64,000 bases of DNA, taken from Mobula hypostoma (lineage: Eukaryota). The position numbers and the translations under genes are program-made. The DNA lies in NCBI RefSeq assembly GCF_963921235.1, contig NC_086097.1, positions 33,916,001-33,980,000 of the forward strand, in the 5' to 3' direction. Under the pieces are notes generated by a model. It made no database searches. It saw only the letters and a program-made list of their open reading frames with translations, and was not told where the DNA came from. Positions 49,960-62,037 of the stretch are shown here, piece by piece (within the stretch, counting starts at the first letter, position 1; each line of letters starts with the position of its first letter).

Positions 49960-50458
49960 TGTAAAGGGTTCAAAGGAGGTTCATGAAATCGATTCCAGGA
50001 TTAAATAGTTTTGTCATAAGAGTGTTTGATGGCTCTAGACCTGTATTCACTGGAGTTCAGAAGAATGAGGGGTGACCTCATTGAAACCTATCGAATGGTG
50101 AAAGGCCTTGACAGAGTGGAAGTGGAGAGGATGTTTCCTATGGTGGGAGAGTCTAAGACCAGAGGACACAGTCTCAAAATAGAGGGGTGTCCTTTTAGAA
50201 TGGAGAAGAGGAGGAATTTCTTTAGCCAGCGAGTGGAAAATCTGTGGAATTCTTTGCCACAGGCAACTGTGGAGGCCAAGTCCTTATGTATATTTAAGGC
50301 AGAGGTTGATAGATTCTTGATTGGTCAATGCATGAAAAGATATGGGGTGAAGGCAGGAGATTGGGGCTGAGAGGGAAAATGGATCAGCCATGATGAAATG
50401 ACAGAGAAGACTCGATGGGCCAAATGGCCTAATTCTGCTCCTATAGTTTATGGTCTAA
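49960..50458 (+). mobile_element. CR1 LINE 3' fragment
   Basis: ORF 50026-50370 (LYSLEFRRMRGDLIETY...RRNFFSQRV). Confidence 0.9.
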
Positions 50459-50714
50459 TATAAAGAGTGAATCAATTTCCCACTAATATGCTACAGATCA
50501 AAATTCCATACATTTTCAATGATGGAACAAATATTATTTTTCACTGTCAATAACATAAATCACACCATTCAAGACAGACACTGTAAAAGTATTGAGTAGG
50601 TATGATTATAGATACATTATGCTCTGAACTCAATTATGCACTTCAAATCCCTTCTGGGTATTACAATCTATGTAATGCATGCCACTTATTTTAAATCTAT
50701 AATTGAAGAATGAT

Positions 50715-50716
<2 letters not shown>

Positions 50717-50774
<58 letters not shown>
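50717..50774. repeat. Compound microsatellite (GT)17(GA)12
   Basis: Direct reading. Confidence 0.97.
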
Positions 50775-51120
50775 ATGAAATCATCACACTTTTGCTTCCC
50801 CTTCACTTAACACAAGATTTACACAGATTACAATAACAGAACAGACAGCTATCTCCTCCCTACACATTGCATTCTAAATAAGAAATAGGAAGGGGATAGA
50901 TCTTTGATGGGAATGTATTATATACTCCCAACTAGTTGACAGGTATTAAAGGAATAAATATGTGGAGAGTTTGCTATTTGATGCAGGAATAATGGGGATG
51001 TAATAGTAGGTAATATTCACTTTCCTAATACTGACTGGGACTGACATTATGCTGAGGATTAGATGGAAATGAATTTGTTAAGTGTATCCAGGAAGATTTT
51101 CTGGTAACACTTGACTTCTT

Positions 51121-51612
51121 CTTCAAAGTTCAAAGTATATTTATTATCAAAGTATATATATGTACTTATATATACAACCCTGAAATTTGTTTTCTTGTGG
51201 GCATTCGCAGTAAATCCAAGAACAATAAAAGAATCAACGAAAGATAGCACCCAACAGGGAAGACAAACAACCGGTGTGCAAAAGACAACAAACTGTCCAA
51301 ATACAAAAGGAAAAGAATATAATAATGAATAAAATAGCAATAAATATAGAGAACATGAGACGAAGAGTCCTTGAAAGTGTGTCCATAGGTTGTGGGAACA
51401 GTTCAGTGATGGGACAAGTGAAGTTGAGTGAAGTTATTCCCCCAGTTCAGGAGTCCCCGGACCTGGTAGTGTAAGTCCTGAGGCTCCCGTAACTTCCTCC
51501 TGATGGCAGCAATGAGAAACGGGCATGACCTAGGTGGTGGGTGTCATTGATAATGGATGCTGCTTTCCTGCAACAGCGCTCCATGTAAATGTGCTCAATG
51601 GCGGGGAAGGGT
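51121..51612 (-). mobile_element. Rex1/Babar-like LINE 3' fragment
   Basis: ORF 51447-51674 (IYMERCCRKAASIINDTHHLGHARFSLLPSG) and a (CTTTGAA)-type tail. Confidence 0.65.
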
Positions 51613-52029
51613 TTTCTTGGGAAATGAGTTTGTGCAAGAGACAGACATATCAGTCGGAGAGCGCTTTGCGACAAATAACCATAATTCTATTAATTATGGA
51701 AAAATAGCACTGGTCCACAAATTAAAAAGGAGTAAAAGCAATGCAGAAATACTGTATAAATCTATGGATTCCGCCAGTACTGTGTTGGCCTGATCCTTGA
51801 AGAAATTATAACGATAGAGTTGATTTCCAGAGGTGTCAAGAGAACAGCTGACCTTGGGGATGTGTAGCACTAAGGAATGCCAGTGAGACTAAAGTCAATG
51901 GGTACCAGGAGAAATTGTTCCAGAGAGTGGAGTCATACTGAGCACAAAGGAAGATGCATATGATTGCTGACAGTCAAATTTCTCAGCACCAACATTTAAT
52001 TCTGATAAATTACAATGAGAGTTTAAGCA

Positions 52030-54700
52030 GATGTCCCTGCACCTAACTTCATACCATCTGCAAACTTTGCAACAAAGCCAACAATTCCATCATCCAAATC
52101 ATTGACATATAAAGTAAAAAGAATCGGTCCCAACACAGACTCGTGTAGAACACCACTAGTCACCAGCAGCCAACCAGAAAAGGATCCTTTTATTCCCACG
52201 CTTTGCCTCCTGCCATCAACCACTGCTTTATCCATGCTAGAAGGTGCCTGTAATCCCATTGGCTCATAGCTTGTTAAGCAGCCTCATGTCTGGCACCTTG
52301 TCAAAGGCCATCGAAAATCCAAGTATACAACATCAACCAATTCTCCTTTGTTTATCCTGCTTGTTATTTCTTCAAAGAATTCCAACAGATTTGTCAGGCA
52401 AGATTTTCCCTTCAGGAAACCATGCTGACTTCTGCTTATTTTATCACGTCCCTCCAAGTACCCCGAGACTTTATCCTTAATAATCGACTCCAACATCTTC
52501 CCAACCACTGACGTCAGACTAATTGGCCTATAGTTTCCTTTCTTCTGCCTATCTCCCACCTTGAAGAATGAGGTGACATTTGCAATTTTTCAGTCTTCTG
52601 GAACCATTCCAGAATCTGGTGATTCTTGAAAGATCATTACTAATGCCTCCATAATCTCTTCAGCCACCTCTCTCAGAACCCTGCCGTGTACACCATTTGG
52701 TCCAGGTGACTTATCTACCTTCAGACCTTTCAGTTTCCCAAGAACCTTCTCTCTAGTTATGGTAACCACACACTTAATGACCCCTGACACTTGGAAATTC
52801 TACCATACTGTTTGTGTCTTCCACAGTGAAGACTGACGGAAAATACTTATTCAGTTTGTCCACCATTTTGTTGTCCCTCTTTACTACCTCTCCAGCATCA
52901 TTTTCCAGCAGTCTGATATCCACTCTTGCCTCTCTTTTATACTTTATGTATCTGAAGAAACTTTTCGTATCCTCTTTAATATTATTGGCTAACTTACTTT
53001 CATATTCCATCTTTACCATCTTAATTACTTTTTTAGCTGCCTTCTGTTGGTTTCAAATGCTTCTCAATCCTCTAACTCCCCACTAATTTTTGCTCTATTA
53101 TATGCCCTCTCTTTGCCTTTTATGTTGGCTCTGACTTCTCTTGTCAGCCATGGTTGTGTCATCTTTCCTTTAGAATACTTCTTCCTCTTTGGGATATATA
53201 TATCCAGTTCCTTCCGAATTGCTTCCAGAAATTCCAGCCATTGCTACTCTGCCGTTATCCCTGCCAGTGTTCTTTTCCAATCAATTCTGGCCATCTCCTC
53301 TCTCATGCTTCTGCAATCCCCTTTAACCCACTGTAATACTGATACATCTGACTTTAGCTTCTCCTTCTCAAATTTCAGGGTGAATTCAATCATATTATGA
53401 TCACTTTGCCTTAAGAGTTCCTTCACGTTAAGCTCTCTAATCAATTCTGTTTCATTGCACAGCACCCAATCCAGAATAGCTGAATAGGAGACTCAACCAC
53501 AAGCTGCCCTTAAAAGCCAACTTGTGGGCACTCTAGAAATTCTCTCTCCTGGAATCCAGCACCAACCTGATTTTCCCAATCTACCTGCATATTGCAGTCC
53601 CCCATGACTATTGTAACATTGCCCTTTTGGCATGCATTTTCTATCTCCCATTGTAATTTGTATGCTACATCCCTGGGAGGTCTCTATAAAACTCGCATCA
53701 GGGTCTTTTAGCCCCTGCATTTCCTTAGCTCTATCCATAATGATTCAACACCTTCTGACCCTATCACCTCTTTCTAATGATTTGATTTCATTTTTTACCA
53801 ACAGTGCAATGCCACTCCCTCTGCTTTCCCGCCTGTCCTTTCAATACAATGTATGTCCTTGGACATTCAGCTCCCAGCTGTAGTCTTCTTTTAGCCATGA
53901 TTCAATGATGCCTACAACATCATACCTGCCAATCTGCAATTGTGCTACGTTCATTTAGCTTATTCTACATACTGCATGCAATCAAATATAACACCTTAAG
54001 TCCTGTTTTCATCCTTTTTGTTTTGTCCACCTTTTATGTTGCAGCTCATCCTGTTGACTGCAATTCTGCCCTGTCATCCACCTCTCCTCACTACACATTG
54101 CCTCTGTTTGTAAACCAGCTACCTTCATCTTCAGCTCTATTATCCATCTTTCCCACAACACCTCTTTCGTTGAAATATAGGCTGATCAGAACACTAGTCA
54201 CACCATGCTCAACCTTTTGATTCCTAACTTTGTCTGAGGTCTTACCAACATCTGCCTCCAAACTCCTCCACTAACTGTTCTGGCACTGGTTCCCATCCCC
54301 CTGCAGCATTAACTAACCTTCCCATTAGGATATTAGCCTCCCTCCAGTTCAGTACAATCCGTCCCTTCTGTACAGGATGCACTTCTCCCAGTTGTAGTCG
54401 TCAGGGACACCAGAGGTCTCCCTGCTTCCCATATCCCACAAGATGAGCATTCAGCTATCCTGCCTGGCACCTCTACTATCCTCACTGAACAGATATAAAG
54501 AAGGGAAGGAAAAAAGAAAACTTGAGCTTTGCTTTTCTTTGCTTTCTCTGACTGAAGCCTCTCTTTGTTGAAACCTTGAAGAGCTAAAGCCTCAAGATCA
54601 CCAGGCTGACTCTGTCCACTCAGGCGACTGCCACGGCAACGATGAGCACTGTGCTTGTGCCTGCCTTCCCTTAAGCTGACTGGTCACTAGTCAGAGTCAC
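52030..54700 (-). mobile_element. CR1 LINE 5'/central portion (endonuclease to RT), disrupted
   Basis: ORFs 53244-53465, 52774-53019, 52590-52790, 52284-52559 and 52023-52259 (FVAKFAD). Confidence 0.9.
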
Positions 54701-55357
54701 TAGTGACCCGCTGCTGCCTTTTGTACTCAGGCAGTGGGCTTGATTGAAGTCCCCTCCCAAAACTTCTGACGCCCAGACAGATTATTGGAGGGGTGGGTGT
54801 GTGGGTGTCCATGCTGCCCACTGCCCCCACCCCTTGTCCTCCCACCTTACACATAAGCTCTTCTCACTGCAGTTTTCGTTCATAGAGGAGCAATTATCTC
54901 TAAAAAGAGATTTTGGTTGCCTTTCCTTAATATTCAGCGGCATCACCATTGGCAGAATCTCAGCAATAACGTCCTAGGCTCAAAATCTCAAAATCTATGA
55001 ACATAAATGTCATAGTTGATGGAGGAAGTAGAAGGCCTGAAGACTAGATTCCGAGGATGCACGGGTTAGGGTTAGAAAGTTGTGGGCATGCTATGTTGGC
55101 GCTGGAAGTGTGGTGACACTTGTGGGCTGCCACCACCACAAGTAGCGCTGATCTGATTTGCTGCAACGACGCATTTCACAGTATGTTTCGATGTAGATGT
55201 GACAAATACAACAAATCCCTTCCTTTAACCTCTCTTGAATACATAATAATGTTCTCTTATCGCCTCTGTTGAAATTCCACAAACTCTTTATTGAATTACA
55301 CTGCAGGAAGACCTTTTCACCATCTGTTGTAAGTAGAGAGACTACGTTACTAGTGGT

Positions 55358-58335
55358 CAAGGGTGTATCTACGGAAAATAGCGCCTATGGCAAGCACTGA
55401 AATTGCACCCCTGTCCAAACATCTGACACCACCTTTTAGATAACTTTACCAGAATATCAGCTCAAAAATACAAGTCAAGCTCATTAATCTTTTAATTAAC
55501 AAATTATAGCACTACATGAAAATTATAACTGCACCTTCCTTGCTTTCACTGATGCAAATTGGTCTATAATGTGATTAAAGTCAGTTTTTTTCAGTTTTTT
55601 CTCTTTCTACATTCAGCAGAGCAAGATCACAGAGTCTGCCTTGACCCATGGAGGCTCTCAAATATGAAAGTGTTAGTTTTAACTTGCTGAATGATCTCTC
55701 ACAGCTGGCGATGGAAACTGCGATGGTTAGCATTATCTGAATAGCAATGTGAAGATTGGGGAAAACGTTCTCATCTCCATACTGAACAATAAATTCAAGA
55801 AGCTCTTCAGGTCTTGATATTTTCATGTTGACCCACCTTGATAGCAACATTCTGCAATCCAGAATTTCTTCATATAGCTGCTGTCCACCAACATCAGAGC
55901 TGTACAATTCGCCCAAATTTTCACTCTTCTTCTGCAGGTCATTACTGTCGGCGCTGTAACATAGTCCCTCGACATTGAGAAGGAACCCGAACTTGGCGTC
56001 AGTGTCGTGCAAACGAGCAAACCTTTCGTCCATTTCTCTGTGAAGACGGTCGAGTGTTCCCTTCGTGACTCTTTCCATTTCCTCCTTAACTGTTAACCCA
56101 GCGTCTCTTGAGTTTTCATCAGCCATTCGTTTCTTTTGTCTCTGCTGTCTTTCAACTTCAATATTCCATTCTTGGCAGAGACTGACTCCTTCTTCGAGTG
56201 ACTCACTGACCAACACTTCTCTTTCATCATAAAAATGACCTCGGAGGGCTTTCAAACCCAGGGCAGCATCATTGAAGTCCATGCTAGGATCCTGCAGCCT
56301 CTTTTGAATACGGTCAATGTGAATGAGTACTTTGTTCCAAAGTCCTAGCAAAATCAGAAAATCGTAACTCAACATGCGCATTGTCTATCATGTCCTGGAG
56401 AACTTGAGGTATCTCCTCAAGGTACTTGTTGACGGGCTTCACTGCTTCTGTCTTTGCACTCCACCTGGTTTCGGACTCCGACTTAACAACCACAGGCACA
56501 GCGTTTTTGAGTTTTTCCCAGCGCCATGTTGAACAAGAGAAAAACACGTAGAGAGCTTCGATGGTTCCAAAAACGTGACCATCATTGTATCCTGCTTGGC
56601 TGCATGTACACCCACCAAGTTGAATGAGTCATTGTCGAAATTCACAAACACTGCCAGGTTGTTTTTCTCACTTACTCTTTGATGAACACCACTTCTGTGT
56701 CCAGCCATCACAGCAGCGTTGTCATAGCACTGTGAGCGACAATCTTGTAGCTCCATTTCGTCCTTCTCTAGCTGTTTCAAGACATCTTCAACCAAGCTCT
56801 TAGCATCCTTCTGGCTTATCTGGATAAAACCAAAGAAGGACTCTCTAATATGGACTGTTTTCTTCTCAAAATCAGCTTCCACATACCTCACTACTTCTGA
56901 CATCTGCTCACAGTCTGCCTGATCAGGAGTCGAGTCGAATGTGAGACCATAGTACTTGGCTTTATGAATGCTTCTCAGTAAACTCTGGTGAACAGTGGAT
57001 GCCATCATGTGGATGAATTTGTTCTGGACACCCGGTGGAAGATAAGTCGTGGATCCAGGATGACTTTCCAAATGAGTGAGGTGTTCTTTTATGACAGGGT
57101 CAAAGATAGCCAGTAGTTTCAGTAAGCCAAGGAAATTTCCCACATTGGAGTCATCGTCTTGCTGAAGTGACTCCCTGTGTCCTCGCAAAGCCAGGTTCTG
57201 AGTCGCAAGGAATTTTATGCAGTGAAGGATTCTCGCCGAGATATCACACCACTTCTGCTTTTCCTTCTCAATCTGTGACTGAAATTCCGCATCAATAACG
57301 CCTCTATTTCCAGCTAAATTTCTTTCCATTTCTTTCCACTGTGTGAAGCATTCCCGATGATTCTTGGCATTTTCATGAACAGTAATCCTTTCAGGTGCTT
57401 TCCACTGGTTGAATCCACTTTCCTGCTCCAATGAGTATTGATGGTCTGACCGGGAATAGAGAAAACAACAGATACAAAATGCAGACTTTTTAGAAGGGGA
57501 AAAGACCAGCCATGAGCGAGTCTCTTCCTCACCATGACCATTTCCCAATTTCCTCTTGAACCAAGTTTTGTTCATTGAGCGGTTATTTGTTGGTAGGAAA
57601 GACCCCTCACTGTTCTGGAAATACTTCGAACCCAGCTTTATTATTTCTGTTCTCAACGCGTCAGGCAGAATTGCTTTTCCAGTATCCTTGTCAAACTTCA
57701 GAAGTCCAGTGTCATGCTGTTGAATCACTCCTGATATGACAGTTCGAGGCTCTTTGACACCATCCAGTTCACTAGGTCCAGTATCGTCAGGTTCAATCTC
57801 GTCAGGTAAAATCTCGTCAATAAACTCAACATCACCACCACCACCACGGCAGCCTCATTCTTAATCTGGTCATACTCGGATTTGTCCGACTTGACTTCCT
57901 CCTCGGCTTGTGACGCACTTGTACTTGATCCACCTTCGGATAATTGGATTCTAACGAACTTGCAGCAGGTGCAGGCGACTCCATGGAATGTGTCGAACTA
58001 CTTGTTCCGGGCTTTTCAAAGAAGGGCATGAAGAACTCGCTCGACTTCTTGGCTTCCTCCGCCTCCAACTTTCGTCTCTTCCGTCCTTCAGCTCCACTTT
58101 CCTTTTTCTTCGTGAAGAAATGTTTCATGGTCTTCTTACACAATGCTCTGAAATAAGGCCATCCTAGTGCTTCTCACCCATGATAATCAAAGACAGATCA
58201 TACATCTGAAGAAAATTCTTTTTTCACTATCCGAGGATGGCTTGTCTGACTTTAATAGAAACTGCTCAGTGGCACTCCCCCTCAAGTGGCACCCAGGGTA
58301 TGTGCCATACCTGCCATACCTTAGATACGCCACTG
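55358..58335 (-). mobile_element. Full-length hAT DNA transposon (Tip100/ZMYM1-like transposase), 2978 bp
   Basis: Perfect 8-bp TSD CTAGTGGT (55350-55357 and 58336-58343); imperfect TIRs CAAGGGTGTATCTACGG / reverse complement CAGTGGCGTATCTAAGG (13/17). Confidence 0.95.
55581..58128 (-). pseudogene. Frameshifted hAT transposase
   Basis: Basic NLS-like N-terminus; TTF-type zinc finger (RSWL.FS...FCICC...HE...H); LALRGHRE...GNFLGLL; DSTPD; CYDNAAVM; TRWS; C-terminal dimerisation motif SCERSFSKLKL. Split over at least 4 frames. Confidence 0.9.
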
Positions 58336-58504
58336 CTAGTGGTGTATGTCACAATACTTTCAGTAGAGAGGAAACAGTTCTAAATTGCTTTACAGAAGAG
58401 AAAGGAACCAGTGAGTGCCAAGCCAAAGAAGGAAATTTTAAAGGGAATAGAGGAGAAGAGTAAGTTTTAACATTTAACAAAATTTGCCATACCATTTCCT
58501 GAAT

Positions 58505-58985
58505 TCTCAATAACTGAGCCCTTTAAGACCATAAGGCATGGGAGGAAAATTAGGCCATTTGGCCCATCGAGTCTGCACCGCCATTCTATCATGGCTGATT
58601 TATTGTTCTGCTCAATTCCATTCTCCTGCCTTTTCCCTCTAACCTGATCTGACCAATGCCTCATAAAGCCTCTGCATTACCTCTTTGCTTTTATATTCTT
58701 GTCCTCACAAAATGAATGCTAATGTTGCGTTTGCCTTCCTTACTACTGACTTAACCTGCAAGTTAACCTTTGGGGAATCCTGCATGAGGACTCCCAAGTC
58801 CCTTTGCATCTCTGATTTCTAAATTTTCTCTCCATTTAGAAAACAATCCAAGCCTTTATTCTTTCTACCAAAGTACATGACTATATACTTCCCGACATTA
58901 TATTCTACCTTCCCCTTCTTTGCTCTTTCCAAGTTGTTCAGCAGGCTTCCTGCTTCCTCAACACTATCTGCCCCTCCACCTGTCT
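58505..58985 (-). mobile_element. CR1 fragments with internal deletion
   Basis: CR1 3' UTR/tail at ~58525-58640 joined to RT C-terminal sequence. Confidence 0.75.
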
Positions 58986-59810
58986 TTAATTACTATAGAG
59001 ACCTTACTTTGGACATCTCCAATTGACACTGGTGCAAAAATATGAAACAATGTTCAGACTTCCATGTGAAACATTTCGCTGATGTTAAATATTCTTTATA
59101 TGTGTTGTAAGTCAAAACAGTACTGTGCTTTTACAAAGAACCTGCAATTAATACTTTTCAAATGACGCAGAAGCATAACGCCATAGTTAGTAGAGCCACT
59201 GCTTCTCAGTGTCTGATACATGTTTGTGAAGTGCTTTAGGAAAAAAGACAGGAGAATGCAGAATAAAAATTGGGCATTCAAGTTCAGGAAAATATTACTT
59301 GTCTGCTGGTTTACTCATGAGAAAACTTAGCCTGATGATTGATTTTCTGGTTTATTTGAGTGGCACAAAGAGATCTGGTTGTGATGGAGACACAGTATTA
59401 GATTAGTACCTCAGAAGATCAGATTTTCATTTAAAGATCAGAATTCTACAGCTTTGATATCCAAAAGATACAACTGCCTTCAGTGGGAGTTCCCTCTAGC
59501 ATTGATTAAAGAATATTGTGAAGTACTGTTGATATATTTTACATCACCAGAGTCTACAGAAAGGAAATGATGCATTCTAACTAGCCTAAAGTGGTGTCAG
59601 TATTCCACAAGGATCTCCTCCCACTCTAATTATCTCTTCATATCCTGCCCTGATAGCCTTCTTTTCTTCCTGTGGGTGCAGTATAATAACCATCCAGATG
59701 ACAGTGAGCACATATTTATACTAATTTTATTTGACCTCTTAAGTGACTTTCACATCCTCACACAAAATATGTGTTTAAAATATGGTGGGATGTTGGTAGC
59801 TATTTGGAGG

Positions 59811-60085
59811 TTTGGTTGATTGCTGAGCTCAGCAGAATGTTTGCGGCGTTTCGGTTCCAATCGAGAAGCCATCATCAGTGCGCAGTTGAGGGTGTTGTCT
59901 CCTCAGAATGCCAGCCTATATACTCCTCTGGGGTCTGACATCTAACCAATATCCATTCAGCCTTGGAGGAGTATATAAGCCGGCACTCTGAGGAGACAAC
60001 ACCGCCAACTGCGCACTGATGATGGCTTCTCGATTGGAGCCGAAACGTCTGCAAACGTTTTGCCAAACTTGGCGATCAAACAAAA
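59811..60085. repeat. ~275-bp inverted repeat (Penelope-pLTR-like), each arm with a hammerhead core and TATA-like box
   Basis: Arms ~59811-59937 and ~59957-60085 are reverse complements, inner part nearly perfect. Confidence 0.9.
60013..60052 (+). ncRNA. Minimal type I hammerhead ribozyme motif
   Basis: GCA-CUGAUGA-U-GGCUUC(UCGAUU)GGAGCC-GAAAC-GUC-UGC: intact core boxes, 6-bp stem II, GUC cleavage triplet, short stem I. Confidence 0.7.
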
Positions 60086-60149
60086 TATATGCATGCAAAG
60101 ATCATATTTACACAAATATCCACCTGTTCCAAAGATGTGACCTAAGAGA

Positions 60150-61250
60150 TTAGCTCGCCTTTGGAATTTCGGGATCTTGTGGCTCCAGAGACGGGCGGAT
60201 CAAAGGACGGTGTCCCGGCAGGAAATCAGTGTGTCGTGGGAGACAGAAGATCTCTGTGTGCCCAGAGACCCAAGAACTTTGGGCACAGAGCTCGGAAAAA
60301 GTGACGCAACGGGCTTTTAACATTGTAATCAGTGAGTTGTTTGTTATGTCTCCCCTCTCGCTGTGAAATGGAGACATCTCTTTCTCCTGTATCAGGGAGA
60401 GAGAGAGCCTGTGGTACGTCAAATACTGGGTCAATGAGTAGTCTTTGGGCTACTGCAAGTCTGTGTCTTTGCTGTTGCTTTGCTGCACGCTTGAGTGCTC
60501 GGTGCTGGGTGCTGATGCATTTTTTTTGCTGGTGGGGAGGGAGGGTTGTTGCTTTGCTGCTGCTTACACGTGGGAGGGGAGAGCTGGGGGGTCTTTAGGG
60601 TTCTAACATTTAACTGTCATTCATTCTTTGGGGGCACTCCTCTGTTTTATTTTAGATTATGAGGACACTCAGTCCTCATTTATTGTCATTTAGAAATGCA
60701 CGCATTAAAAAATGATACAATATTCCTCCAGAATGATATCACAAGAAAACACAGGACAAACCAAGACTAAAACTGACAAAACCACATAATTATAACATAT
60801 AGTTACAACAGTGCAAAGCAATACCAGAATTTGATAAAGAGCAGACCATGGGCACTGTAAAAAAAAGTCTCAGAGTCCTGATAGACTCATCATCTCACGC
60901 AGGTGGTAGAAGGGAGAAACTCTCTATGAACCTCCAAGTGCCGCCAACTTGCCGATGCAGCACCATTGGAAGCACCCGACCGCAGCGGACTCTGAGTCCG
61001 TCTGAAAACTTCGAGCCTCCGACCAGCCCCTCCGACACAGCCTCTCCGAGCACCATCCTCTGCCGAGCGCTTCGACCCCGCCCTGGATGCCGAGCAACAA
61101 GCAAAGCTGAGGTCTCGGGCCTTCTCCTCTGGAGATTCTGGACCACACAGTAGCAACAGTTTTTGTGGATGGTTGTGAAGGAAAAGCATTTCAGGGTGTA
61201 TATTGTATACATTTCTCTGACATTAAATGTACCTTTGAAACCTTTGAATC
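60150..61250. mobile_element. Cluster of non-LTR 3'-type repeats; 60650-61160 (-) related to 62250-62776
   Basis: Shared sequence gattatga.gacac...gtcctc.tttattgtcatttag.aatgca.gcattaa...aaaaccacataattataacatatagttacaacagtgcaa. Confidence 0.6.
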
Positions 61251-61604
61251 AATACTATTTCTACATATCGATTGTGTCCCAATATGTCAAAGGATACAGT
61301 GATCACACCTTCAGGCCCTCCATTGGTTGGGGTCAACTGTGGATGTTGCGTCCCATCTGTCTATGTAATACACAAGCCAGGGCGGGTCAACAAGGAGAGC
61401 AAGCTGTTACCCATGCAGTAAGCTCCCCCTCTTCACACAGCTGATGAATCCAAAGCATCAGCAGAGACCGATACAGTTTGGCACTAGTGGCGTTGCAGGA
61501 GCTGCTCTCAACAAAGGACTGCGTTAGGGACTCTAACTCCAGATTTTTCCCTTGGGGTTTACTCCCAAAGCCTTCCCCATGAGTGGATATAGCCACAATG
61601 AGTC

Positions 61605-61925
61605 TGCACTGATATTGATCACAGCTGATTTACTTTTCCTCTCAAACCCATTCTCCTGTCTTGTTCTCATAACCTTGCACACCCTTCCTAGTCAAGAACT
61701 TATCAATTTCTGCTTCAAATATACCCCATGACTTGGTTTCCGCAGCCGTCTGTGGCAATGAATTCCACAGACTCACCACTCTCTGGCTAAAGAAATTCCT
61801 CTTCATCTTTCTTCTAAATAGGCATTCTTCTATTCAGACACTGTGCCCTCTGGTCCTAGAATCTATCACTATTGGAAACATCCTGTCCATGCTCACTCTA
61901 TCTAGGCCTTTCAATATTTGGTAGG
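61605..61925 (-). mobile_element. CR1 LINE 3' fragment
   Basis: Reverse complement of the CR1 3' coding/UTR sequence seen at 50026-50458. Confidence 0.8.
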
Positions 61926-62037
61926 TAATGAGTAGACTATTATGAAACTCCAATTAGTTCACTAATGGTCTTTATGGATGGAAATTTGCTGCCTCTACCT
62001 GGTCAGGCTCAAACATGATTTCCAACACAAGAATATA

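Noticed and set aside
55581..57728. Host ZMYM1-like gene
   Set aside because: TIRs, 8-bp TSD, frameshifts and lack of introns show it is a transposon copy, not a domesticated gene.
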